Shown piece after piece: positions 1-8,668 of a DNA stretch of 64,000 bases. Source of the stretch: a virus (Duplodnaviria > Caudoviricetes); IMG/VR virus record IMGVR_UViG_3300030095_001206, positions 21,307-85,306 of that record. The stretch is one strand, 5' to 3'. The notes beneath the pieces are model-generated. The model was not told the origin of the DNA. It saw only the letters and a list, made by a program, of their open reading frames with translations, and did not search any database. The number at the start of each line of letters is the position of its first letter. The stretch's first letter is position 1. The position numbers were made by a program, and so were the translations under genes.

Positions 1-434
1 TTCTTAAATCCAAACTCCTCTCTTCCATAAACATCATGAATACAATACGTATCAAAAAGATACTTAGGATCATGGTTAAAGATAGTATCTGAATCAACGT
101 ATAGTATATTAGCTTCTTGTTCAAAATACTTTAAGTTATACCATCTATGAATCGACCACGCATTAAGCATATCATGATCATAACCTTCTTGGAATGGTTC
201 AACTCTTACTGAGTACTCAAGAGAGAAATAAAGGGGAATAATAGAAGTGTCGTCACAAAAAAGATAAACAGGTATTTCATTGTTAAACTCCCTAATAGAT
301 TTAATACTGTGTTCAAGTCTGTGTAGTTCATGAGTGTTGATGTGATCAATCTTACTCTTCTTAAATGAATAGAAGATAATATCTTCATGGTTATTTCTAC
401 CACGAAACTTGTTTAGTTTTTCACGTTGGTTCAT
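1..434 (-). CDS. GT-A-fold glycosyltransferase (3'-truncated by window edge; not in ORF track)
   Basis: Manual translation from ATG at 434 (overlaps upstream TGA): MNQREKLNKF...ANILYVDSDTIFNHDPKYLFD...; open to window edge; DxD motif (DSD) after a hydrophobic strand. Confidence 0.7.
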   Translation of the reverse strand, partial: MNQREKLNKFRGRNNHEDIIFYSFKKSKIDHINTHELHRLEHSIKSIREFNNEIPVYLFCDDTSIIPLYFSLEYSVRVEPFQEGYDHDMLNAWSIHRWYNLKYFEQEANILYVDSDTIFNHDPKYLFDTYCIHDVYGREEFGFK

Positions 435-1489
435 CGAATAATCTCCAAATTAGCATCTGGTCTCCATACTTCTAATTCAGTTCTGACTCTAGCCTCACGA
501 GTTAATTTATCATACCTCTTGGATGCTTTCTTCTTCCACCAATCAATTGCTTGTTGAGCAGTGTGTCTAAAGTCACCAAGATAATATCTCTTCTTCTCTG
601 TAAGAGACATAGCATGTTTAATACATGCATTAAACTCTTCTAACTTCTCATTATCTTTAAGAGAATTTTTAATAATAGATATCATCTTACTCTGTATCTT
701 AATCTTCTTAGAAGACTTATCTGCAGAAATAAGACGTTCATTATTATTTCTAACATTAAACCATTTAAAGAATTCACGGAATTCATCATCATGGAATAAT
801 GGAAGAAACTTACTCTCAGTGTCCCCTATATGCCTCAGGAAGGGTTTCAATCCATCATACATGGACATTCCCTTGGTCGTGCCATATAAGGACGTGGTTT
901 CAAAATACTTTAGATCAGTTCCATACTTATGATCAAACTGACTTTTTAATTCGCAAGATGATGCCAAAAGAGCAAGCAACTTACCACCAAGATAATTGAA
1001 TCCAAAAGGCTGAGTAGGAACAATGTTAAAACCCATAACAAAATAAGGATTAATTTCTTTAAGAGGAACTACCCTATCAAAGTAATTATTACGAGGTTTG
1101 CTATTAATCGTAGGGGAACCAAACCTAACAACCCCAACTATCTTTTTAGTATTAACTTCTTCTACTATCCACTTATGTGTACGTCCTGGTATTGCTTCCT
1201 CTACAGGATTAGATGCTGTTAAATTAAGTGTCTCAGAATACAACCACTGGTTATACCTAGATGCAGTTTTAGGATCTGTATCAACTACATGAATCTTAAA
1301 CTCCATCTTATTAGGATGCATATCAAATACATCAAAGAACTCAGCATCAGCACCAAAAAGTGATCCAGAACGGTTATCCATCCTGTCCTTCTTTACATGC
1401 CTGAGATAGTCATCAATACGATTGAAGTTGGAATAGTAATTGATAAACCTATCAGCAGCATAAACTGCATCTGATTCACTGAGTAACAT
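431..1489 (-). CDS. DruA/DUF4338-like protein
   Basis: 352 aa; motifs PGR..WIV..K.VG...FGSP, P.FGFNYLGGKLLALL.SS, ETTSLYG..SMYDGL resemble DUF4338 as I recall it. Confidence 0.6.
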   Translation of the reverse strand: MLLSESDAVYAADRFINYYSNFNRIDDYLRHVKKDRMDNRSGSLFGADAEFFDVFDMHPNKMEFKIHVVDTDPKTASRYNQWLYSETLNLTASNPVEEAIPGRTHKWIVEEVNTKKIVGVVRFGSPTINSKPRNNYFDRVVPLKEINPYFVMGFNIVPTQPFGFNYLGGKLLALLASSCELKSQFDHKYGTDLKYFETTSLYGTTKGMSMYDGLKPFLRHIGDTESKFLPLFHDDEFREFFKWFNVRNNNERLISADKSSKKIKIQSKMISIIKNSLKDNEKLEEFNACIKHAMSLTEKKRYYLGDFRHTAQQAIDWWKKKASKRYDKLTREARVRTELEVWRPDANLEIIR

Positions 1490-1725
1490 TAATAATATCT
1501 ATTATATTCTCTACCAACCTCTACTTCAACGGTATCAAAGATTCTATTTAAAGAACGAGCAAATCCTCTGTATCCAGATCCAACATATAGTTGACCTAAT
1601 ACTACAGATGCTGTTGCAATACCCCAGAATAGATAATAAAATCTACTCTTTACTTGAGCACGTACTTTTGTAACCTTATCATTCTTACCCCATTGAGGTA
1701 ATGGTGGCAATTGTGGTGATGTCAT
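1489..1725 (-). CDS. small membrane protein, hypothetical
   Basis: ORF tiles between neighbours; one hydrophobic segment; likely start MTSPQ at 1725. Confidence 0.65.
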   Translation of the reverse strand: MTSPQLPPLPQWGKNDKVTKVRAQVKSRFYYLFWGIATASVVLGQLYVGSGYRGFARSLNRIFDTVEVEVGREYNRYY

Positions 1726-1726
1726 T

Positions 1727-1972
1727 TTAAGTTGCCCTCCAAGCGACATAGTAAATAAAACCTAATCCTAATAGTATTGCAAAAGGAATAGGAAAGAATG
1801 GTAATACTAGCATAGCATGAATAACTTGCACAAGTACGATACCGTAGAAAATGTACATAATAGTCATACCAATTTTATTGTGCCTACTACCACGTTTGTA
1901 TGGATGGCAACCAATAGGGCCACTATCCCATCCATCTTGCATGTATTCTTTTGTAGGAATTTCTCTACTCAT
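1727..1972 (-). CDS. small two-TM membrane protein, hypothetical
   Basis: 81 aa, two hydrophobic segments, overlaps g44 stop. Confidence 0.65.
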   Translation of the reverse strand: MSREIPTKEYMQDGWDSGPIGCHPYKRGSRHNKIGMTIMYIFYGIVLVQVIHAMLVLPFFPIPFAILLGLGFIYYVAWRAT

Positions 1973-2913
1973 TTGAATTCACACTCGCACATGATTTCAG
2001 TGAGTGCAGCCAAGAGGTTAATTTCTTGGTCAGCAACGAAAGCAATCTGATACTGGTACTTGGCAATGATAAGAACAGCAGCAGGGATACTAGGAGAAAC
2101 CACTGCATCAGTGAGAGACTCATAGACACGGCGTAAGATAACACTAGGATCGTTGTCAAGGTTACTAACAACCCATTTACGAACGTCAGTGAAGTTCTTC
2201 TCTTTAAGTTTCTTGATAAGTTCAGATGTCTTGACATCACTAAACTCCGCTAATATAGAGGAATCAATTGTACCGCTACTACTATAGCGTTGGCACTCAT
2301 TTAAAACTCTTCTCCAGTCTGGGAAGTGTTTGTTGATGAGTTCTGCGAGGACTTTCTTATCAGCTTCAATCCGTTCACCGTCCAAGATATTGTTAAGTCG
2401 TTGGAAGAAAGCAGCAGCGATTGCGGGTTTCTGTTTTCCTGTGATAGAAAACTCAACGACGGCACATCTGGAGTGTAAGGGTTCAATGATTTTGTTCTTA
2501 TAGTTGCAGGTAAATATGAACCTGCAGTTGTTGTAGAACGCTTCAATATTGGCCCTAAGTAAGAGTTGTACGTCATGAGTAGTGTTGTCTGCCTCATCTA
2601 TAATTATAACCTTATGCGTTCCAGTGGCAGCAAGTGAGACAGTAGAAGCAAAGTTCTTTGCTTGATTTCTTACTGTGTCTAAAAACCTACCCTCATCAGA
2701 TCCATTAATGACAATGTAATCTGATCCTAACTGTTCACATAAGGCACGTGCAATAGTTGTCTTACCACAACCAGCAGGCCCAGCAAGGAGAAGATTAGGT
2801 ATCTCTCCTTTCTTTACAAACTCCTGAAAGGTATTCTTAATATTATCAGGAAGAATACAATCCTGAACCGTCTTAGGTCGATACTTTTCTACCCATAAAA
2901 AATCACTCTTCAT
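1969..2913 (-). CDS. g44: sliding clamp loader large subunit
   Basis: LWVEKYRP, Walker A GPAGCGKT, Walker B IIDEAD, SRC motif; follows g45. Confidence 0.97.
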   Translation of the reverse strand: MKSDFLWVEKYRPKTVQDCILPDNIKNTFQEFVKKGEIPNLLLAGPAGCGKTTIARALCEQLGSDYIVINGSDEGRFLDTVRNQAKNFASTVSLAATGTHKVIIIDEADNTTHDVQLLLRANIEAFYNNCRFIFTCNYKNKIIEPLHSRCAVVEFSITGKQKPAIAAAFFQRLNNILDGERIEADKKVLAELINKHFPDWRRVLNECQRYSSSGTIDSSILAEFSDVKTSELIKKLKEKNFTDVRKWVVSNLDNDPSVILRRVYESLTDAVVSPSIPAAVLIIAKYQYQIAFVADQEINLLAALTEIMCECEFK

Positions 2914-3592
2914 AAGTAGAATCTGGTTCTAGGGCAATGTAGTAAGTTAAGTCATGCTCACGACATGTAAACTTTGATAAAAGTTTTTGTGAAACTACTA
3001 CATCATAAGAACCAGGAATTAATTTGATATTCTCAACCTTGAAGTTGAAAACAAAGTTACCTTCAGTTTCTCCTACAACAACAGCATAGTCATTAGAAGT
3101 ATCATTCTTCTTGTCACGAACAACAAGTTTAACAACACCATTCTCACCAATAACTGCCAAATCAGGAAGTTGATAGATACCTGCTGCTTTAAGCAATTTG
3201 TCTAATTGCTCAGTCTTTAATTCAAAAGAAACATCATCACTAGGAAGTTCAATTGATTTATCTGGAGGAGTAACAATTACATTTGGATCAGCAAAGAAAT
3301 ACTTAGATCTAGATCTACCCTCTTTAATGACAACAAAGTTATCATTCTCAAAATCCAATTCAGGATTATTATGTAAGGACAATCCATTCAGAAACTGATT
3401 CAAATCATAGATGCCAAAATCTTTTGGCAACTCTTCATTGATAGTAGCCTCAGCAAGGATGTTCTTCATTACAGAGATTGTACGAAGAGATTTACCTTGC
3501 TTAAACAGAATAGACTGATTAATATTACTGAAGTTCTTCAGTAATGTCAAAGTTGAATCAGAAAGTTTCATAACCACGGGTCGGAGTTTCAT
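2903..3592 (-). CDS. g45: DNA polymerase sliding clamp
   Basis: MKLS..TL.LLKNFS.INQSILFK.G N-terminus typical of gp45; start 3592 or 3571. Confidence 0.95.
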   Translation of the reverse strand: MKLRPVVMKLSDSTLTLLKNFSNINQSILFKQGKSLRTISVMKNILAEATINEELPKDFGIYDLNQFLNGLSLHNNPELDFENDNFVVIKEGRSRSKYFFADPNVIVTPPDKSIELPSDDVSFELKTEQLDKLLKAAGIYQLPDLAVIGENGVVKLVVRDKKNDTSNDYAVVVGETEGNFVFNFKVENIKLIPGSYDVVVSQKLLSKFTCREHDLTYYIALEPDSTYEE

Positions 3593-4220
3593 TAGTTTGG
3601 CCACTGAAGTAATACAACAGTAAGCAATAGTGCATTGCTTTTAATATATCTTGTTTTGCTTGTCCCTTCTTATCATACCGTGCAAGATACTTAATAGCAT
3701 TAGAACGGCAGAAAGATTCTGCATCACCCACAGACTGAATCAAATCCAATGTCTGTGTATTGTTTTGATCTGAAGTATAATGTCCAGAGTATGTTGAAGA
3801 AACATAATTCTTAAGTGCCTCAATAGACTTATCTTCCTCATACTTACGAGGATTATACTTTAGATTAGGTTCTGGTTTCTTAGAGTTCATAAAATCATTG
3901 AATGCTGATTCAGTCTTAACTTCAGTTACCTCACTAGAGGTATAATAATCACCATGAATGACTTCTTTATCTAAAGAACCTGCTTTCCTCCTAGTTACAG
4001 TCTTACCACCATCGGGTGATTCATAAACATAAGGAGGATAATTCCTTGGATCATTATGATCATTTGGGTCTGGTTTACTAATGGAGGTATATTCATAACC
4101 TCCATTCTTTTTGACCCATTCTGCTCCTTCTTCTGCAGTAGAGAAACTGTTCATAGGCGGAAAATTTTCATCAAGGGTTCCATTAAGTACATCATATGCG
4201 AGACTCCATGCGTTTATCAT
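3558..4220 (-). CDS. DUF3310 (SaV-like) domain protein with N-terminal extension
   Basis: C-terminal HY...QTLDLI...FCRSNAIKYLARYDKKG....DILKAMHY motif. Confidence 0.75.
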   Translation of the reverse strand: MINAWSLAYDVLNGTLDENFPPMNSFSTAEEGAEWVKKNGGYEYTSISKPDPNDHNDPRNYPPYVYESPDGGKTVTRRKAGSLDKEVIHGDYYTSSEVTEVKTESAFNDFMNSKKPEPNLKYNPRKYEEDKSIEALKNYVSSTYSGHYTSDQNNTQTLDLIQSVGDAESFCRSNAIKYLARYDKKGQAKQDILKAMHYCLLLYYFSGQTNETPTRGYETF

Positions 4221-5293
4221 AACACCTCTTCCTGTGTAATGTCAACATCATTATCAACCTTGTCATAAAGATCCAAGAATGCTTGCTTAGTTTCATCATC
4301 GAAACGGTTTAAGCAAAGTTGAATTGCTTTGACTTTATCACCAAAGATCTTGTAGGCCTGAATGATGTGAACCAATCTACGAGTACTAATGATCTCATCA
4401 ATACCACCATCATAGAATGTCTTTCTAATGATGTCTGCCCAGTCAGCAAGACGAGCACAGAACTTATCATCAGAACACAACTTCTTAAGGATGTTAGTCT
4501 CTGTAGCAGAACTAGGATACTCTTGCTCAAAGGTCAAAGCAAATCTTTCAAGGAATGCTTCATTAAGTACATTAGTACCAATGAACCTACCGTCCTCAGA
4601 TCCTTTACCTTTTGTGTTTGCAGTTGCAATAACATTGAATCCAGCAGCAGGTTTTACTACCCTACCAATCTTCTTAAGATAAACTCCTTTACCTTCAAGG
4701 ATAGACTGTAAGCAAAGAATCTTATTGGACGCTAAATCGATTTCATCTAGAAGGAGGATAGCTCCCCTTTCCAATGCTTCGATAACTGGTCCATTATGCC
4801 ATACAGTGTCACCATTAACAAGGCGAAAGCCACCAACCAAGTCGTCTTCATCTGTCTCAACCGTAATGTTTACACGAACTAACTCTCTATTTAATTGAGC
4901 ACATGCTTGCTCCACACCAAAGGTCTTACCATTACCAGAGAGTCCAGTAATGAATGATGGATAAAAGATACCAGACTTGATAATTCTTTTAAGTAAAGTA
5001 AAGTTACCAAAGGGAACAAACTTATCATCTTTATCTGGTACTAACTGCACTGCAGCAGGAGCATCATATGCTTTCTCAATCTGCTTTACAACTTCTTTCT
5101 TTACTTTGAGCTCTAAGTTGTACCGCCCTTTACCAACACGAAACTTACCAATGCGTTTCATTACAGTTGATTCAGAAACTTTATGAGATCTGCAATATCC
5201 TTTAACGTCAGCAAAAGTGAACTCTTTACCAAAAAGGTTCTTCAAATCGTTGACGATCTTGTCTTCAGTCATGTTAGGGTCAGCAACGAACAT
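4217..5293 (-). CDS. cobS: CobS/MoxR-like AAA+ ATPase
   Basis: Walker A GLSGNGKT, Walker B LLLDEID, ATANTKG, NEAFLERF, STRRLV. Confidence 0.9.
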   Translation of the reverse strand: MFVADPNMTEDKIVNDLKNLFGKEFTFADVKGYCRSHKVSESTVMKRIGKFRVGKGRYNLELKVKKEVVKQIEKAYDAPAAVQLVPDKDDKFVPFGNFTLLKRIIKSGIFYPSFITGLSGNGKTFGVEQACAQLNRELVRVNITVETDEDDLVGGFRLVNGDTVWHNGPVIEALERGAILLLDEIDLASNKILCLQSILEGKGVYLKKIGRVVKPAAGFNVIATANTKGKGSEDGRFIGTNVLNEAFLERFALTFEQEYPSSATETNILKKLCSDDKFCARLADWADIIRKTFYDGGIDEIISTRRLVHIIQAYKIFGDKVKAIQLCLNRFDDETKQAFLDLYDKVDNDVDITQEEVL

Positions 5294-5317
5294 AATGTAA
5301 TTTGTTTTGATACTCTT

Positions 5318-5374
5318 ATTATAAGGGTAAATGCCACTCAGTGGTGTTAGGAGTGGACACTATCTAAACTGGTT
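5318..5374 (-). promoter_or_regulatory. early-type promoter of cobS: TATAAT plus upstream imperfect inverted repeat
   Basis: Minus strand AACCAGTT-TAGA-TAGTGTCC-N31-TATAAT; CCACT-N-AGTGG palindrome in spacer. Confidence 0.7.
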
Positions 5375-5608
5375 GTCTGGGTGAGTCACGTATTCTAAAA
5401 CTGCCTTATCAATCATACTATACAAACTCTCCCATGACAATGTATCTCTTAGTTTAGATGCTATCTTACTTATATCATCCCCATCAAGATACTCACCCTT
5501 TACTATCTTTTCAGAATAATCCCCATATTGGGTTTGAAGTTTTGCTCTTGCCTCTACCAACTTGTTGAGGTTGATAGTGATCTTCACGTCAGTATCAATC
5601 ATAACCAA
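5360..5608 (-). CDS. hypothetical protein
   Basis: 82-aa ORF tiling between glycosylase and cobS promoter. Confidence 0.7.
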   Translation of the reverse strand: MVMIDTDVKITINLNKLVEARAKLQTQYGDYSEKIVKGEYLDGDDISKIASKLRDTLSWESLYSMIDKAVLEYVTHPDNQFR

Positions 5609-6096
5609 TCGGGTTTTCTGGACTCGTCACGTAAATAATTAGATGCAACCCAAGGTTTGCTGCTAATGTAATTTTTGTAAGCAGTAAAAGTGTCAATGCT
5701 TGTGTCATGTTTATACTCATCTGGCATAGCACGAGTGAATGATTTAGGTGGTGAGCAGTCAGGGAATATACTATCTGCATGTTCTATAGTACGCTGACAA
5801 CTGTGAACTTTGTTATAACGATGTGTGTACTCAGCACATAGTGCCAGACCATGCTGTATCAACCAACGAAAATTAGTCTGGGCCCAGATAGTGCAAGGAT
5901 GATTACGAAATGCACCATGCTCAGTCTTATATGGTGTGCCGTCAAGTTTGGGTAATGTGCCATAACCATGACCCCACTTGGATGATGCAACAATAGATAA
6001 CATTTGACATGTTTCTAAAGGCATCTTGACGATGTGCTTGTCAGGTAAACACTGTGCTGATACTACAGGGTCAGAGTCAGTAACAAAAATGTTCAT
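5599..6096 (-). CDS. pyrimidine-dimer DNA glycosylase family protein (DenV-like)
   Basis: MNIF......SAQ.L.DKHIVKMPLETCQMLS and HPCTIW motifs. Confidence 0.8.
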   Translation of the reverse strand: MNIFVTDSDPVVSAQCLPDKHIVKMPLETCQMLSIVASSKWGHGYGTLPKLDGTPYKTEHGAFRNHPCTIWAQTNFRWLIQHGLALCAEYTHRYNKVHSCQRTIEHADSIFPDCSPPKSFTRAMPDEYKHDTSIDTFTAYKNYISSKPWVASNYLRDESRKPDWL

Positions 6097-6224
6097 ATAT
6101 CACAAATGGGATGTTGAGTGGTTTCTTCCTCTTCCTCAATTATAAGGCCTTCTTTCTTAAGTTTCTCATAATTGTAACAACTCTTAAAACTTATCTTGAC
6201 CTTTGGTTCCTTTTGCTCTGTCAT
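6093..6224 (-). CDS. 43-aa hypothetical protein (below ORF-track cutoff)
   Basis: MTEQKEPKVKISFKSCYNYEKLKKEGLIIEEEEETTQHPICDI; ATGA-type overlaps with both neighbours. Confidence 0.6.
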   Translation of the reverse strand: MTEQKEPKVKISFKSCYNYEKLKKEGLIIEEEEETTQHPICDI

Positions 6225-8371
6225 GCTACTAACTCCACAAATTCTGAAAGAATTTTACGATTGAACTTCGACTTATTTAACGATTTTTTAAAGGCACTTC
6301 TAATCTGTGCTTTAGTTGCATTCGCATCAGGATCAAACTCAACTTCCTTATTCATTTCATTGGTAGAAAGAGCAAAGAACTTAGTATAGTTACCGATAGG
6401 AAGAGAAACTGCTTTTTCTTTTTTCCACTTAGCACTAATCTTCTCATCATAAATTCCATTCATACGGAATAATCTTTGAATTGTTGAATTACCTGCTAGA
6501 CGAATTCCAATAAAATTAACCTCAGGGAAACTATCTTGAAGATGTTGCATTAATGCAGCAGTACCTTCAGTCCACTCTGAAAGACGATAAGTAGTTCCCA
6601 ATTTACGATCTCTAAGATAGGTGCAGGTGCTTCTTACTGGTCTGCAAAAGAGTTTCCTATCAAAAGTATAAGGGTTCTCAGTCTCAGCACTATAAGAAAG
6701 TGGTTCTGATTCACCATCAGTCAAGATAATAGCTTGAACTTTTTGTAAGTCATACTTCTTCTTGAACTGAGGAATGATGTTGTGTAGAACTACCAAAGAA
6801 GTATCCAATGGAGTACCACTCAAATGGAATCTTTGAGGAGCATCAATCCAATGTGAAATGTCACGAGCCATTGCACATGTCAAACGCCAGAAATTTTTGA
6901 TTTGACGATCAAACTCTTTGATACTACCCTCACTAGATAAGAATTCTAAGAGACGGTAAGAGTCAGGAATGAAAACTTCATTTCTCTTATGTTCTTTAAT
7001 AAGAGAGTCATTACTAGGGTTATAATATCTTCCATCATCCTCATTGTTAACAAAGTAACAGTTAGTAAATCCATATACCCTGAATGGGATGTTTACTTTC
7101 TTACAGAACCATACAAGATTAAGTAACTGCTTAACAGTTGCACCTAAGCATTCATGCATTGAACCACTCCAATCCAATAAGAAAAGTAATCCATGATTCT
7201 TACCATCAGGTAGAACTGTTACCTTCTTAAAAATATCATCATTGTATTTGTAAGTGTGAAGCTTTGTGGTATCCAGCACTCCAGTTCTAGCAGTAGCAGC
7301 ACGTGCATAAGCATCTGCAGACTTTCTACATTCAAATTCTTTAACAAGATAATTAACTTCTTTTTCTGCCTCCTTTTTAATTTTTAATAATTCTTCGTCT
7401 ATTGGTTGTGTATATGTTTTTTTATTAAGTGGTTGTGAATAAATTCTATCCCAGTACTCTTCACAAAAATCACTTATCTCTTCATTTCTAACGATAACCT
7501 CATCAGGTATCATATGTGGTTTTTCAATATAAGTATTGTTTCTAACTGGTTTCTGAGCAATCTTCTGTAAGTTACCACCAAGACTCTTAGCAGTTTCTAC
7601 ATCTAGAGAAGGGGCATTATCCTCATCTAAAGGAGAGCCATTATCATCCATCCCAGTATCAGAAGAATCGCTATCACTCCCACCTTCCACATCATCACTG
7701 CTATCAGAGCTAGAAACGGGAGACTCATCAGAACCACTGCTGTCGTCAGTACTATCCCCACTATCCTCAATGCCACCCATAGGAAGTTGAGCACCTTCTG
7801 TTCCTTCTTGATCCTGATCAGTGGGTTGGTTTGCTTTGCAGAAATTATATAACGCTTCTGCAGCTGCGAGGGTGTCCTCAAACGTTTTAGCGTTTTCAAC
7901 GACATTTACAATCTCCTGTTCTTGTGGGGTAAATTTAACTCCTAGAAATGCACCAATCTTAGCATGAAGATTTATCTTGTCTGCTAGATTGAAACTATTC
8001 ACATCTTGATCTCCAACTTCAAAAAAATCTTTAGCATGAAGTTCACTATAACCACGATAGAATGTTTTGGCAATACCTAAGTACTTATCTTTCATCAACT
8101 TCTCTACTCTAACATCTTCACATACATTCACAAACTGTTGAGGTGCTTTACACTTCTGTGTCCAGTCCTCATTAGGTGTGAAGAGAGCATGAGAAACCTC
8201 ATGTCCAACCAACATATCAAACACGTAATTACTAGCGTCCCAGATAGGAAGGGTAAGAACTCTATTCTCCACATCAAACTGAGCCGTCTCAACTTCACGA
8301 TGCTCTACTACAATGTCCTCTGTTGCTAAGAGTTTAGCAAGAGTACCTTTGACTTCTAGATTAACTGACAT
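6221..8371 (-). CDS. metallopeptidase-like plus VWA domain protein (CobT-like partner of CobS)
   Basis: HEVSH (HExxH), acidic S/D linker, MIDAS LDWSGSM...GTP...ILTDGE; likely start MSVNLE at 8371. Confidence 0.85.
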   Translation of the reverse strand: MSVNLEVKGTLAKLLATEDIVVEHREVETAQFDVENRVLTLPIWDASNYVFDMLVGHEVSHALFTPNEDWTQKCKAPQQFVNVCEDVRVEKLMKDKYLGIAKTFYRGYSELHAKDFFEVGDQDVNSFNLADKINLHAKIGAFLGVKFTPQEQEIVNVVENAKTFEDTLAAAEALYNFCKANQPTDQDQEGTEGAQLPMGGIEDSGDSTDDSSGSDESPVSSSDSSDDVEGGSDSDSSDTGMDDNGSPLDEDNAPSLDVETAKSLGGNLQKIAQKPVRNNTYIEKPHMIPDEVIVRNEEISDFCEEYWDRIYSQPLNKKTYTQPIDEELLKIKKEAEKEVNYLVKEFECRKSADAYARAATARTGVLDTTKLHTYKYNDDIFKKVTVLPDGKNHGLLFLLDWSGSMHECLGATVKQLLNLVWFCKKVNIPFRVYGFTNCYFVNNEDDGRYYNPSNDSLIKEHKRNEVFIPDSYRLLEFLSSEGSIKEFDRQIKNFWRLTCAMARDISHWIDAPQRFHLSGTPLDTSLVVLHNIIPQFKKKYDLQKVQAIILTDGESEPLSYSAETENPYTFDRKLFCRPVRSTCTYLRDRKLGTTYRLSEWTEGTAALMQHLQDSFPEVNFIGIRLAGNSTIQRLFRMNGIYDEKISAKWKKEKAVSLPIGNYTKFFALSTNEMNKEVEFDPDANATKAQIRSAFKKSLNKSKFNRKILSEFVELVA

Positions 8372-8544
8372 GTGTTGTTTGCTCGTATGCACCTATTATA
8401 AACGCCCCCAGAGCGTTTGGGAGCGTGTAGTAGACAGTTTATCAACTGTCTGCGTTTGGCACGTGCTTGACGCAATGCCTGTGGTTTGAGATGGCGTTTC
8501 TTTTCCTTCTTAGAATGATGCTGCCAATTAGGTACTTTCATCAT
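8356..8544 (-). CDS. small basic hypothetical protein
   Basis: MKVPNWQHHSKKEKKRHLKPQALRQARAKRRQL resembles a conserved cyanomyovirus ORF; start 8541 or 8544. Confidence 0.6.
   Translation of the reverse strand: MMKVPNWQHHSKKEKKRHLKPQALRQARAKRRQLINCLLHAPKRSGGVYNRCIRANNTCQLI
8395..8451 (-). promoter_or_regulatory. early-type promoter of VWA-peptidase gene: TATAAT plus perfect inverted repeat
   Basis: Minus strand AGACAGTT-GATA-AACTGTCT-N31-TATAAT; AAACGC/GCGTTT hairpin abutting the -10 box. Confidence 0.72.
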
Positions 8545-8668
8545 CCTCACCCCATGCTTCTAAGTCACCACTAGTCATGCCACCACAAACAGTGTACTTG
8601 TCCTCTCCATCAGGTTCATTTAGATCTGCTGGATTGGATCCAACCTGAACGCATTTTTCTTTTGTCAT
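8528..8668 (-). CDS. 46-aa acidic hypothetical protein (below cutoff)
   Basis: MTKEKCVQVGSNPADLNEPDGEDKYTVCGGMTSGDLEAWGEDDEST; start overlaps g46 stop. Confidence 0.55.
   Translation of the reverse strand: MTKEKCVQVGSNPADLNEPDGEDKYTVCGGMTSGDLEAWGEDDEST

Noticed and set aside
4319-4711. Plus-strand ORFs (130 aa, 84 aa) opposite cobS, and similar shadows opposite g46, g7 and the VrlC-like gene
   Set aside because: Fully overlapped by confident minus-strand genes and lack recognisable motifs
4217-5293. Interpretation of cobS as a cobalamin-biosynthesis auxiliary gene
   Set aside because: No cobN or other cob genes here; the partner is a peptidase-VWA fusion, so a general MoxR-type role is more parsimonious
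7590-7830. Repetitive S/D-rich DNA in the VWA-peptidase gene
   Set aside because: Acidic disordered linker typical of CobT-like proteins, not a mobile or repeat element
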